DNA of 64,000 nucleotides from Mytilus californianus. Taxonomy: Eukaryota. The notes beneath the pieces are model-generated. The model did no database searches and was not told the origin of the DNA. It saw nothing but the letters and a program-made list of their open reading frames with translations. The translations under genes and the position numbers were made by a program. The DNA is taken from positions 59,458,001 to 59,522,000 of the forward strand of contig NW_026262690.1 in the NCBI RefSeq assembly GCF_021869535.1. The letters run 5' to 3'. This document shows positions 11,975-25,822 of this stretch, piece after piece (position 1 is the stretch's first letter; every line of letters begins with the position of its first letter).

Positions 11975-12082
11975 CAGAAATGGTCCCATGGAATGTTTTC
12001 TCTAAACGTCCTTTATTTCTTTTCATACCACCAATATATATTCTGGCCTGGTTGTTAAAAATATTCCATCTTTGTTTGTGAA
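11975..12082 (-). CDS. Nrx-1: Neurexin exon 12: LNS6
   Basis: ctttcag|(I)HKQRWNIFNNQARIYIGGMKRNKGRLEKTFHGTIS G|gtaaat; 108 nt, phase 1 to 1; IFNxQ motif of the Ca2+/neuroligin-binding surface is retained. Confidence 0.93.
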
Positions 12083-13218
12083 CTGAAAGTACAAATAAGC
12101 TATTAATAATAGAAATATTACAATCAAACATAAAAATAGACTTATGTTAACATATTTTGACCCTTATAACACCATTTTCAACTATTTTTATAGGAATTCA
12201 ATGATCTGAAGGCTGGCTTGAGTCTGCACCAGATCAAATTTTGAAGTACACTGCAGATAGTTTCCTCCTAGTAACTCTCAAACATTACTATCCTTTTGAC
12301 GATTAAAGAAGCAATACATGAACTTGCTTAGGATCTTAAAAAACACTATGATCTGACATATTTTCAATATCAACTGGCACAGAAGATTTCAGAAGATTCA
12401 TGTCTGTATATTCCACACACTCCATTGTACAATTCAATCAACAAAGCCATATTGGTTGGCCAATCAGAAAATGGTTTACTAACAGCAGGAATCTATGATG
12501 AAACACAATTGTATCAATCAATTTCCTTAAATTTCAAACATGCAATCTGCTTGCAGTCAGTTAAGATCTGTTCAGTCTATGTTCAGACAGTTCAGTAGTT
12601 CTGAAATGTCTGGAAACTTAATAGACTGCAAGTGAATTATCTGAACAGTACAGAATTTACTGCAGTTGATAAATCTGAAAATTGACTGAAAACTGAAAAT
12701 GGCTGAATAATTTATTTTTCAGAATTTTCAGATGAAGATAAGATCAAAATGACCATTTAAGACTACAATTCATTTACTGGTGATATTTCGTAAACATTTC
12801 TTATTTAATCTTCTGTCTGTAAAACTGTACCTTCTTCATCATCCAGCTGTAGATCATACAGATCAGATTCCAGACTGACTATGGAGCATTAAAAAGTTTA
12901 TGTAATCATTGTACAATATTTGTATGTTTGAAATGGACAGCTAAACCTACTACACAGTACTGTTTCAATAACTTTTTCTTATGATCAATGCTAACAATAT
13001 ATGTATAATCATTCTGAATTTAAAAAAATATATGATATTAAGTTTCCCTCTTACTCCCAAATAAAAAGTAGGTAAGGCCAAAACAAATAGTTAACAGAAC
13101 CTGGTGATAATCATAGTCTGACCATTTCTGTTTGACCGTCTTCAGAGGCACAATGATGGATTAAAAGAGGCCATACTCTCATTTTCTCTTAGATTCATTC
13201 AATAATCACCAAAAACAT

Positions 13219-14038
13219 AAACTGTTATCACAGAGATATGTCTCGCTTTTTTGTAATTTTGAATATGCAAATGTTGAAATTAAAATGGCAATACTTAACA
13301 AGTTAGGCTAATATTCAAAGTCAATAAACCATGACTGAGGTACGTGGCTAAACCATCTCCATGTAAATGAGATGCGCCAATGCTAATACAACTGCATACC
13401 AAATATCATTGACTTAACATTAGCAGTTCATCTTAAATTGATCTTATCACAAACTAATACATGTAAACTAAGCAAAAGTTTCAAAGTCAATAGGCCATGA
13501 CTGAGAGGATGGGGCCAAATATTCTCCACTGAAATGAGATGTGCTTATACTTATACAACTGAATAACAATTATCATTGGCCTACCACTAATGGTTCCCCT
13601 TGAACTGACCTAATCACAAACTAATACATGTTAACTAAGCAAAATTTTCAAAGTCAATAGACCATGACTAAGGGGGCTGAGTCAAATAATCTCCATGGAA
13701 ATGAGATATGCCAATGCTTATACAACTGCATACCAAATATCATTGACCTACCACTGATGGTTCCTCATAAACTGACCTAATCACAAACTAATACATGTAA
13801 AATAAGCAAAAGTTTCAAAGTCAATAGACCATGAATGAAGGAGCAGGGCCAAATAATCTCCATGGAAATGAGATGTGCCAATGCTAATACAACTGTATAC
13901 TAAATATGATTGACCTACAACTTGTGGTTCACCACAAACTAGACCTAATCACAAACTACTACATTGTTGATGCCCCCGTCGCAGACACTGGAAACAGCAT
14001 ACCTATGTCTCGCTTTTTGACTCCGTCATGCGAGACAA
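13219..14038 (+). mobile_element. HINE/pearl-like family A copy 3 (4 core repeats)
   Basis: Same termini, core and hairpin as 114-1102. Confidence 0.8.
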
Positions 14039-16418
14039 AAATCAGTCAAACGTTAACATAGTGTTGAGAAATTGAAAGAACTTCTTTTGTCACACATGTA
14101 TTAGAAGACCCAAAGTACCTTCTAAAATCCACATGCTTATTTAAATGGTTTTTAGGATCCACTGAATCAAAAATCTAAACTTAGTCGTTTCCACATGAAA
14201 ATAAGTAAAGGTATCCCCAATCATGTTTTGGTTTGAATTTATTTTTGTAAAATCTATCAAAACAATAAATAAAATGTGTGAGTCTTCCAGGGAAGATGTG
14301 TGTTGCCCTTCCTCTCTAAATAATATAAACAGAAATGGGTAAGTTCATGTTTTAGTATTGAAAACCCAAATAATCACTTAGATCAAAACATAAAGTGAGA
14401 TACAGGGGACAAGGGAAGACTTCAGAAATGATATATATATGTGTCCCTAGAGAGAGCTGGATGCTGTCAGGCCATACAAAATACTGTTCCAATATCGGAA
14501 ATGACTGTTATATGCCAAACAATATATGCCAAGGTGACAGACTTAAAATTAACATAAAACTATAAATTTAATACTTTAAAACAAGGAATTATCTGGAATA
14601 ATTTTGAATTCTGAAAAATTAATAAGAAACTTATGATGAAAACTAACCAACTATGGAGGGTTAGCCATCATGGCTAAGGTTCAGGTCTCTTCCACTGATG
14701 TTTCAGTATGAACTAACTAACATTCATAAACTGTGTTAGTTTTCATCATACATTTCCAGAATTCAAAAATTTCCTGCTTCAAATAATTCCTAATTGTAAA
14801 AGACATACATCATTATCACAGTACATTTTCAGCTCCAATGATAATGTAATGCAATAACTGCACATATTACATGATATTTTTTTCACAATCAAAACAATAA
14901 ATAAATTCTAACGATTTTATCTTGTACAAAACAGTTAAACATTGTTATATGAAATTTTATCATTCTATCAAAAAGTAACTTTTTACACTCAAACACTTTT
15001 ACAAACATTTTATTATTTTCTAATGTCTTGTTTAGAAGGGAAAAAATAGCAATCAATAGTTATACAGCAAATTTATGACAAATATACAATAATGGTCACA
15101 TAAATTTCTACACATAAAAGCTTTCCTTCATAAAATGGCTCTATTTCAGGTTTCTCTCACCTATGCACTGATTATAAAATTGGTCAATCAATACACACAC
15201 CTACATGAAATTATTGGCCACTGTTGAAGGCTTAAATGTGTTGGATTTAAAAGAATAAATTAAGGGTTTTTAAAAAAAAAAATAAGTATCAGAGAAATAA
15301 GTATATATTAAAAGTATTATTATACTTTTCTACAGCAACCACTAATAAAATAAACCAAAAAAATAACCCCTTTTTCCTGCGGGAAACTGCACGTAGGCAA
15401 AATAACTGTTTGGAAATGTGCATGAAGTAAAAATAACCCTTTTAAATTTGGCTGACTTTTCAAGGAATAATTAGTTGACGTCTGGTGAGATTGGCAGCAG
15501 CTGCAAATTCAGTTGCGGTTCTGATTTAGACATAGAAAATATTCTTCAACAAAAAGACTTTTAAAACACAAAATTTACAACAAAAGTAGCATATCTCCAT
15601 ATTTAATTCAGAATAATAATACAATTATGGCCTTCATAAAATGTTGATATAAAAAATTATCAAATCTAGAAAAGGTAATTTTGACACAGTCCCAAGTCAG
15701 GAACCTCATCAGTGGTTCAGTTTAGTTATATCTGAATAGTTGATATTTCCTCTAGGGAATTATCAATGGCAGGTCTTTTGCAATCTATGTTTTCTCCTAA
15801 CAAATGATTTTGCACTTGACATACTGTATCAACACCTGTCTATTGATGAAGACTGCATGTTCATTTCTTTTTATTCATGACATATTCAAGTTTTAGGCCC
15901 AAACATGTGTCTTTGCGCTCTTATCCTTTAAAAGGTAATCATCTTCTCGTAACATTCCAATGCAACTAATGGTAGACAACATTTTGTTGCAACAGGTATT
16001 GATTGTTACAAGTTGGTTGGTCAGGAAATTCGTATAAATCTAAAAATGTATTATATATTCAAGATAAGTTTTGGTCAACTTGGTTAAAGGTTATAATTTT
16101 GTTTTAATTCTATTTAAACTGAAAATGACAAATTGAAGCACTGATTGTAAAAAATAACACATACTAGAATGAACCTTTGCAGCACTTCAAAATACATGTA
16201 CTTTTAAATTTCCTAAATACATGAAGCTGTCCATTTCAAACAAAATTTTAAATAAATAGATATTTTGCAATTGCTTCACTACCCAAAGCAACTTCTATTT
16301 TACATAATTAAAGCTATAACTTCATATGTTACATGAACTATAGTTGACTACTCTCACTCTCATTATGTCAAAAACTTTCATAGGTCAATCTTCTTTATAC
16401 AATGTTGATTGTTTAATA

Positions 16419-16838
16419 AACAAGTAAAATGCTGGCACTTCCAACTGATGCTCCCCGAACTGCACATTTATTGAGAGTAAACATTGTTATTTCAAGGGTT
16501 CAAAATACATGTATTTTCTTTTTTTTTAATAACAGTGACCTTGACCTTTGAACTGTTGACCCCAAAATCATCGATCCATCTGAATATTTAGTTTCATTCC
16601 AATCAAGCAAGGGAAGGTTACTATTCTGGAACCATTTTTCCAAAAATTAATAACAGTGACCTTGACCTTTGACACCAAAATCAATAGTCTTCTTCCTCTT
16701 CCCTGTGTAAGTTTAATTCCAATCAAGCAGGGGTAATTAAGTTATCATACAGAAACCATTTGTTTTTGAGTCATTGACAGACTGAGAACAGACAAATAAA
16801 TTACTATATGCTCCCAAAATTATTTTTCAGGTAACATA
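16419..16838 (+). mobile_element. Degenerate HINE/pearl-like element
   Basis: aacaag start; atgctccc motif near both ends; gaccttgacctttga core; degenerate GACA tract. Confidence 0.55.
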
Positions 16839-18400
16839 AAAATCTAATTGATAGAATATTTATCTAATTTGTTATGACAGTGTATTCTTTTTTCAAAACT
16901 CTAAGATTAGATAAAAATGTCATGTCCAGAAAAAGGAGAATGAGTAATTAGAAATGTATAGTGAACTTCAAAGTATATCAAAAAAAATTATATCAATGTT
17001 TCCTGATCAATTTCGAGGAAAAATCTCTTGACATTGACTGTTATTTCCCTAACTTTTTACTAGTGTATCTGTTAATAAATGTGGTGGGTTGAACCTGATT
17101 TTACAGCATGCCCAATCTCCCACTTTAATGACAGTCATTTCCAGTCCCAATTTACTTTGCATTTTGATGTTTAAATTCCCAATCATTTCAGATTTCAGAT
17201 TTTCACAAGAGTTCCTGTAAGGGGTCCTCCAAGTTCAGGGAAAATTTATTTAACATGCCTGATCGAATGGGAGAGAAAAAACATGAGAGTCAGCTGTTGT
17301 GAAAAAAAGTTTCACTATATGGACATTGTTTTTAATAAAATAGGAATATAATGAAATTGGCACATTCTGATACATCTCATCTCTATCATTTTGTATGCAA
17401 TATCAAATGAGCTACAACAGCATTTGTAAAAAAATCCATTCTTATTTTGAAACCTTACATGCAAGGCAGATAAGGGGTGTTGGAATTTTTACTTCTATCA
17501 AAAAGCTTTGAAAATACATTTTCCACTGGCCAAATTTAGTTTAAATAAAAGAAGAATGTGTCTGAGGACATGAATGCCGCATGTTATTCCATATTTCAGA
17601 ATGAAAAATCTGAGCATTGTGTATAGCATTGTGTATGAGTTTCACAAACTTTAAATGAGGCAAAATTAAGTAAGAGTTTGGAAACAAAAAAATTGCAATT
17701 TTCCAAATTATAAAGGGGCATATTTGTTACATTTTTACGGGTAACTTGTTTATTCTTAAAACATTTATAAAATGCTGAATATTTTCTCATCAATATACCA
17801 TACAGAGTAAAAGCAAAAAATATGAATCACATAAACATTGTATATAAAATAGTTGACACATATTATTCCCGGTTGCAAACAAAAGAAAATTGTGTTATAG
17901 TACAATAAAGTATTGAGGCATGTAATATAAATCTATATACACTGTCAATTGATTATTACTTGTAGAAAATTAATTTTCATTGACTTGAAGGCAGATGCAA
18001 TGGTTCTAAGTATAAAAGGAACAAGATTTGCATGTTGCTTTGATAAAGTCAAAGAACTCTACTGAAATAGCAAGATATTTTCAAACCATCAATACAGATG
18101 TGTACCAACAAATTCAATGAATTTCCAAACAAAATTTAATTTCAGAATGAGGCTGTTACCTTTTTCCCTTGGGAAATCAATATTGTTGGAGCCAAGGGGA
18201 AATGCATTATTTTTTCCTTCAAACTCAAATGAATAGCAAAAATGTGAACATAACCATCATGCTCATATTTCACAAAGATATATAAATGATGAATCAACAA
18301 AAAACATATGATAATAATAAACATGGATTTAACAAAGTTAATGGCTTAATGTATAAATAACCGAGACAACTAAAATTCTCCTTAAATTATAAGAACTTAC

Positions 18401-18575
18401 TGTCTGGTATCTTTACAATAGGTTTATCATCATCTATGGTAAGTGTGGCGTTAGATCCAGACCGTTTAAATCGGACCACATGATACTTCCTGTCATTGAA
18501 TGTTTTCAGCATTTCACCAATAGGAATTTCTCTTTGTGTTCCCATGTTGTAATATATTAAAATATTCCCCATATT
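18401..18575 (-). CDS. Nrx-1: Neurexin exon 11: LNS6, ending at the SS4-equivalent intron
   Basis: cattgtag|NMGNILIYYNMGT..FNDRKYHVVRFKRSGSNATLTIDD..KIPD A|gtaagt; 175 nt, phase 0 to 1. Confidence 0.93.
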
Positions 18576-18844
18576 CTACAATGAACAGTAAAAGTGGCAA
18601 TTTTTAATTGGATAATTTCAAGTAATACCAGAATCTCCTAATGGAACAAAGGAAACAAAGTAAATTTTATATTTAGAATTCATGTTTTATAAAATCAAAT
18701 AAACAATGTTTTTACCAAAATTTTCATGACAAGAATATAGTTTGCATCATTCCTAAATCTGTCAGCATACTTTATTACAAAATTTTAAACTCATAAAGAA
18801 ATTTACATCTTTTAAATTAGTGTGTTGTCAAAAACAATGTTTAC

Positions 18845-19023
18845 CAATGAAAACTCAATGAAGTCTTTAGAATTTTCACTTTCTACTCTAAAAAGACAGG
18901 CATTAAGTTGTGATGTAGCAAATCCTAATGCAAACTGGTCCTCAGTAGTGTCATAGTATTTCCCTTTTGGTCTCTCATATGTTATCAGTCCTCCTCTACG
19001 ACCAAAGGAAAAGGATACACTCT
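18845..19023 (-). CDS. Nrx-1: Neurexin exon 10: start of LNS6
   Basis: ttttttcag|(E)SVSFSFGRRGGLITY..EDQFALGFAT..RVESENSKDFIEFSL|gtaaac; 179 nt, phase 1 to 0. Confidence 0.93.
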
Positions 19024-19213
19024 CTGAAAAAAATGATTGTAAATATTCATACATTGGAGTAGATGTGGCTGTCATTTATACTACAGAAGAATTTGTAAGA
19101 TGAAACTGTGCATAAGTTTAAATACTTGCTTTTGACCAAATATGAAGTCATTCTGCAAAGTGGAACTTGAAAAATATGTGATGAAATTTTTTAAGTTCCA
19201 TCAACCTATTTGA

Positions 19214-19410
19214 AACTACAAACAGGAAGTAGGTGTCTGACAGATCCCAAAATGGCTCATACAATACAAATCATCACTGTCAAACTGCTGACAATTGTGA
19301 AGTCATTCAGTTTCGTACTATTAGAGAAAAGTTACGGTAATATTTGTTGGGTGAATGGACGGACGGACAAGATGTACAATATAGCCCCACTCCTTGAGTC
19401 GGTATTATGA
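19214..19410 (+). mobile_element. 3' fragment of a HINE/pearl-like element
   Basis: (GGAC)n tract followed by atagcccc..gtcggtattat terminal structure. Confidence 0.45.
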
Positions 19411-19969
19411 GTACAAGCTGGTTTTAAAAATGTTTAGAAATCCTTGGCATTAGTGAGATGAAATTGTGAATAAGTTGAATATATTTAAGAAGTTATTTGC
19501 ACTCAAATCTTATAAGTATAGGAAACAGTGGCCTAAATACTATATAATTTTCATACACAAGAAGGTAATTGAAATTATAACATATGATTACTACAGATAT
19601 TGTCACATGATTTTTTATAGATATTTCATATCTCAAAGAAAGACATCATTAGTTTCTAAGTCATGTTTGGTTTGAGATTGAGTTATATGAATTGGATGCA
19701 TTTTTTCCCCTTTTTTCATGGACATGTTAAAATGTGGACAATAGCAAATTCTGCTTCATACTTAAAGCTGGTATACATAGGAAATTATATTCAGTCCATG
19801 CTTTGCGCCTGGTTAAACTGTGCTTCACACAACCATGACAGCATGGGCTTTGGTCTGCACTATATAAATGATTGTAAAACTACAAACTACAGAAATTGCA
19901 TTCTGTTCTTTATCTATATGTTTTATGGTAAAACAATCTCACAAGATTTGACAAAGTGTGACTACCTAC

Positions 19970-20089
19970 CATCAACACAAGTAGGACCAGTAAATGAAGT
20001 CATATCACAGTCACATGTATAAGAATTCCAGTGAGGTACACATCTTCCATGGTTGCGACAAGAGTCTACTTTACAACCACTACTGGGAC
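19970..20089 (-). CDS. Nrx-1: Neurexin exon 9: EGF3 (not in ORF track)
   Basis: atttcag|(G)PSSGCKVDSCRNHGRCVPHWNSYTCDCDMTSFTGPTCVD G|gtaggt; 120 nt, phase 1 to 1. Confidence 0.95.
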
Positions 20090-20613
20090 CTGAAATGTAC
20101 CAATAACATCATAAAAAAAAGTCAGCAGTTTAAATTAATAAAATTCAAATAGTAATACTTTAGAAAAAACAATTTAGAATATGTGTCTCTAAGTGTTTTT
20201 AAATTGTATTACTTAGCTTTCAAAATATTTTTTCATGTTGTAGAAATTTAAAATAGACACCTTTTTTAAGTCTATAATTGTTTAGGGTGACGTTTTATAT
20301 AAGAACATACACAGAAATCTGATTACCAGACCAATCTGAACAAAACTTATATCCTAAAGGAACCTGTTTTAGCAACATTCATTTATTCAAATATAATTTC
20401 TGTGCTGCTTCTAATATGTTCTATGCTTTGGAAGGCAACATTTGACCAACAAATTATTGTAATCAATAAAAACAACCTCAATGCTATCCTAGTTATTTTG
20501 GATTTTATGTCGTAAGACAGCAATATTACTTGAGGCTTACAAATAATGCTCTATTTTGCCTTTTTGATTACTTCTTCATAAAACCATCAACAAAAGTAAT
20601 CTTCTATACAAAC

Positions 20614-21363
20614 CTTGACAGTTTTTGGCTATACCATTGTTGTTTTGTCCTGCTAATGTGTACAGGTTTGGTCTAAATCCATTTAAATCTATTGAAGCTA
20701 GACATCCTTGGAATCCATGTCTAGATGAAATACGACTCGGTAAAGTATTGAACATTGTCCTCTTCACACCACCTATATAAAGGTCATCGTCAAGGTTAAA
20801 GTGTACAGATGGGAAATCATTCATGTCTTCCATTGTAGGAGGATTGTCATCTACCCTGATCAGCTGTCGTTCTACACTTGTCCTTATTAATGAGACATCA
20901 TGCCACAAATTGTCGTTGAGTTTCTTACGTGTGTTGACAAATATTCTCCTGGCACCATTTCCAGTATTATAAATATAATGTAAGTTTCCATCTTGAAGTT
21001 CAAGGGCTAAAAAATCCTGTCTTCCTCCGTTAAAAAGTATTAATCCATCTGCTTCAGTTGTTTTGAATTTAAGATAAATAGAAAATGGAGTATTTGCATT
21101 CAATGGAGATAGTATCACATATGCATCCTTTGATTTGAATGTCACTGGGTCTATCAATACAGGGTTCTCTGTGTCAAATTTTGCAGTCACTTCAATATTT
21201 TCCATTTTCCTTGATTTGGCTAGGTCAAAAAAGTGATTGTTGTTAAAAATAAATTGTTGCATAGCACCTACATATCCAGTGTGACGCCTGAGTATATTAT
21301 CTTCCTGTTGCATTCTTGTGATCTCTGACTTGGTGAAATCAGACTCACTGTGTATATACTCAT
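20614..21363 (-). CDS. Nrx-1: Neurexin exon 8: end of LNS4 and LNS5
   Basis: attttag|(D)EYIHSESDFTKSEI..DPVTFKSKDAY..FKTTEADGLILFNGG..HGFQGCLASIDLNG..KNCQ G|gtttgt; 750 nt, phase 1 to 1. Confidence 0.94.
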
Positions 21364-23257
21364 CTAAAATATAACATTGAAACACTGATCAATATGTTTT
21401 AAATGGACATGAGATATGAACTTATTTTCTTTTATCAAAACAAACCATAATAATGTATTGTACCTTAAGTGTATAAAGAAGCTAGCAATCATTGTAACCT
21501 GATGGGCAAATTCCTGTGCTTCTTTGTGGAATAAACAAAATCATCATTCTCAATTCATTAAACAACAAAATGAATTACCACTGTAAGGTCTTTTTTATCA
21601 AGTTTGTCAGTTGCCATCAGGTTATGCAGAAAATTTGTATGTTTAAGGAAACAAACGGCATCAACACCGTGTATTAAGGAATTTTCTGGCTAAAACTGAA
21701 ATCGGTTTTGAGGAAATACAGAAAATCATTTTTTGTAAATATAAACTATAAGAATGAATTAAGTAACAAAAAAGAAAATAGTGCTGCACCTTTGAATAAA
21801 TAAGACAGCCTTTTCTAAGTAAACATGTTTCAGTGCATTTTTCCTCCAATTACTCTCCAGATTGAAAGTTATCCCTTAACAGTAAGTTCAATTAATTACA
21901 CGTAAGATCAAGTCAAAATCAACTTGTACAGTGCCTTTTCTTTGTCAACTTAGTTTTCATAGACTTAATTGCCTTAATTAAAATGGAATTATATTGTATT
22001 AGCAAATGCATTTGAATCTTATATGCAAACCTTAAAATAACATGTACTTCTTAAGCTCTGTTGCTGAAAACTTGATACTCAATAAGACAGAAAAGTCAAT
22101 ATTATAATAGGATTCAAACCTAATAATTGAACTTGATGACTTACAGATATCTAAATTAAAAGCTTATAAAAAACAATTGTTTTAATTATGTGAATACAAG
22201 CTTGGGGAGACAATATATATTCTAATATAGACAAATATACTGTGGTTAACCAATGATTTAAAATAGCAGAAAAGTTACAATTGATGAAATGTGTCACCTA
22301 GCCTCAGAGAGTTTGACAAATTAAGACTATCGAATAAGCAAAGTGAATCAGGAAATGAAGAAAATCTCTTCTTTTAGCTCCAATTTAACACGTCAATTTG
22401 AATTAAAATAAGATTCAAACTGATTACTGCTCTGTGATAAATGTCAGGATTCTTAAATCAATATTACCGATCTAAAATTAACCTAAAAAAAACAACCATA
22501 TTAATGCCATTAGAAAACAAATATAAAATCTCTAACATTGTCATATAATATCACTTTAAATTATTTAATTGTGATATCAATTCTACGATTAAATAATTTC
22601 AAATTTCGATAGAACAAAACCACTTCATTAACAACCGTTGAGCAAATGATAATATTTACAAAGCTACATCAATATATTGCACCAACATGCATGCCATCAA
22701 GAAGACATCAAAGTGGTATTGAAATATATCAAGTAAGAAAATCGATATACTTATTTTGTAAAACAAAAGTCTTCTGTATCTATTAAGATTATCATTAAGC
22801 TTAATTTACATAAAACCTTGTATATGATCTCCTGTTAAATAATGTGTACCAGGCACAGATTACTGGACATTGACCTTTAACTTTGACCTGATAAATAACA
22901 ATCTTCACTATTGGAAAAGACAATTACAACTTCAATCAAACCATGTAAAATTACACAAAGTGTAAAATTACTCTGTCAAATCCCTCCATCTGTTGAAATA
23001 ACACTCAATTTTGGTTTTCAATAAAGCATTCCAAATTACTTTGTTAAGCAAAATAACCATTAATTATCTATCAATGCATTAGAAAATGAACTCATTCTAT
23101 TCTTGATCTAGTCACTGCATCAAAATCAATGAACAGAAAACAATGTCATTTAACATAGCATTAATAGCAGGATTTTGAATAATGAGAGACAAATATACAA
23201 TATATATAGAGTAAACCTTTTTAATATATAGTGTCATTTACAAGGAAAAACAATGTA

Positions 23258-23453
23258 CTGTGGATTCATTCATTTTTGTGAGTACCAATTTTCGTGGATT
23301 GAGAAAAACTTTTTCATGGGTATTTGATTTCGTTGTTTTGCAAATGTCTGCATACAAGCCCATAGAAAATTTCTAATTCGTTAAACATTTAAAATTCCTG
23401 GTTCACCTACACCCACAAAAATTAGTATACTACAAATAATAATGAATCCACAG
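23258..23453. mobile_element. Tc1/mariner-type MITE with TA TSD
   Basis: TA|CTGTGGATTCATT ... AATGAATCCACAG|TA. Confidence 0.8.
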
Positions 23454-24668
23454 TAATTAAAATATAACTAATATACACTTTACATATATACAATTAACTA
23501 TGACCAAACAAATCCCAGAGTAACTTTAATTCAACCATGGCATTTGATAATGTGAATAAAAGGAGATGTGGGATATACATCAATGAAACAATCACCATTC
23601 TAACCTACTTTCCAACATTGTAATTAACAATGACTGTTCATTCACCATTGTCATGTTAATTCCACAATGGCAATTAGAAATTTAATGCTTGTGAGGAAAA
23701 AGGTAACCTCAATTCCATATGACAATATGGCATGAATAGGATCTAATGAATATTCCCCCCACTCAGATCACTGTACTATTACTCAATACTATGTTGTGTG
23801 CACTCACAAAACACAGGTTGAGAAGATGCAGACATTGCAGCTGATAGTGGAATCTAAGATCACTATGCCTTGCTTTGTGACATAAATGTCACATGCTTTA
23901 CAAAAACAAAGAAAGTAGTATGATTGCGAATGAGAGAAATATACACTTGAGACCAAGAGAATATAAACAACTATAAGTCACTGTTCTGCCTTCAACAATG
24001 AGCTAAAAAAAAGTCCCTGGAATTACAAAATGTGAGATAATTAAATAGGTAAACCAAATTCATAAATCAATAAACAAAAAACAAATATGGCAGATAGTAA
24101 CCAATTGAAATCACTGAAATTACAGGCTCCTGGCTTGGGACAGGCACATATAGAATGTGGCAGGGTTGAAAAACATTGTTGGTGCTCAATACTCCCCCTA
24201 AACTTAGACAGTGGGGTAACAGCACAACATATGAACAAACTGTAAAACTCAATTGGAAATGGCTTGACTAATCAGTCTATCCAACCAAATCTTTGTATAT
24301 ATGAAAGAATTCAGTAAAGGTTTCAGGTAATTTGTGATAACAAAATTCCTGACTTAATCACGTCAATTTGAATTAAACTGATTTACCAGGTTTTATATAG
24401 ATTATGTAAATACATGCACTACAAGAAGGGACCACAGGAACATCACTGTCCAAATAATATAATTACCTGATAACATGGGACTGACTGATCCTAACACTAT
24501 CTGTTTTATATTCAGCGTCTTTTCAACAAGATTCTCTGAAAAAAAATCATTGCATCATTAATTAATGAAGTTATTTGACTGTACTTAAAACTCATAACTC
24601 CTATAACACTGAAATGAAATAATGCTCATCAAATGCCTTCTCCCAAGATTATCTTTTCCTTTATATTA

Positions 24669-24917
24669 TTGATTGATTGATGTTTAATGCCACTTTCAGC
24701 ACTATTGTGCTATTTTGTGGCTATCAGCTTTTATTGTTGGAGGAAGCCTGATTGCCCCAAGAGAACCACAACCTTCAGTAGGAAAATTGACAATCCTAGT
24801 CAATTCAGATTGGAGTCAAGCACACCTGCCAGGTGCCAGATTTGAACTCACAACCTCAGTATTTACAGGCTAGTGATACAATAGCTCAACTACATAGACC
24901 ACTCGGCTACCAAGGCC
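24669..24917 (-). mobile_element. tRNA-derived SINE, near full length
   Basis: Minus strand: A box TAGCCGAGTGG, B box GAGTTCAAATC, shared body, (AATC)n tail. Confidence 0.75.
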
Positions 24918-25713
24918 TCTCCTTTGAATTATGATTAAATAATAGAAATCAAATGAAAATTTTGTAATATATTACAACAATACAACAAAATGGTTCCTTT
25001 GATATGTGTAAAGCTAGACTGTCACTGTGTTGCTTAATAAGAATGCTTTAGCTTCTCAAGGAGAGGGGGAAGGGGCAGCATTTACTATATACTGAGTTTT
25101 AGGGGTGAGCCACTGGAATACAAAATGTAGGTCACTATTTCAAGCTTCGATAAAGGCAAGAAATTAACATTTAATATATGATAAGATTGCTGATTATATC
25201 ATTAGTATCTTTAACTGCTGAATCAGATGTAAGGTTTTTTTTAAAGATACTCTTAAAACCAGTCATAAATGCATCAGATATTTGTAAAATCTATTCAAAC
25301 ACTTCATGAAATAGTGTAATATAGCTAAAGGTCTATTTTCATAAAAGAACAAATATAAGATAGGGTATGTGTTTTAATGTTAAAAATATATGAAAAGGGT
25401 GGGGTACTGGATGTATCAGCTGCCCACCCCTACCACAAAAGGATTGAAGAATTGAGCTGGACATGCAGTGAATTGTTCTATTAAGCCAGGTAGATTTGTA
25501 TTATGTGAACAGAGGAAAAGTGAAAAATGGAAAATAAGAATAAAAACTAATTTTCTTTTAATGAGAGATCTTTGTATACATTTTTGTCCATTCTGAATCA
25601 TTTAGATATACCATGGTTATAGCTTCAAAATGAGAGTTTTCATCTTATTTAACAAGAGATCTCTGTATACATTTTTGTCCATTCTGATTCATTTAGATGA
25701 ACCATGGTTATAC

Positions 25714-25822
25714 CTTCAATATAAGGGTTTTCATCTAATTTCAGCTGGATTATCTCTCCTCTTCTTTTTATGTAAACAGTATGCCATCGATCATCATTTA
25801 CTCTTCTACGAAAACTTAATGC
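25714..25822 (-). CDS. Nrx-1: Neurexin exon 7: LNS4 (not in ORF track)
   Basis: ttttttcag|ALSFRRRVNDDRWHTVYIKRRGEIIQLKLDENPYIE G|gtataa; 109 nt, phase 0 to 1; carries the LNS NDxxWH motif. Confidence 0.92.

Noticed and set aside
15690-16030. Nested gene in a less AT-rich stretch of the SS4 intron
   Set aside because: The frames I translated are interrupted by stops and show no recognisable motif.
12083-18400. SS4-type cassette exon
   Set aside because: The acceptor/donor pairs I tried (near 12280, 12830, 15140, 15530 and 17255) gave stops or asymmetric phases. A microexon could still have been missed.
19024-19969. Beta-neurexin-specific first exon
   Set aside because: The intron is only 945 nt, partly repeat, and I found no ATG plus signal peptide ending at a phase-1 donor.
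21854-21874. 21-nt symmetric phase-1 microexon in LNS4
   Set aside because: AAG acceptor with almost no pyrimidine tract; consistent with chance.
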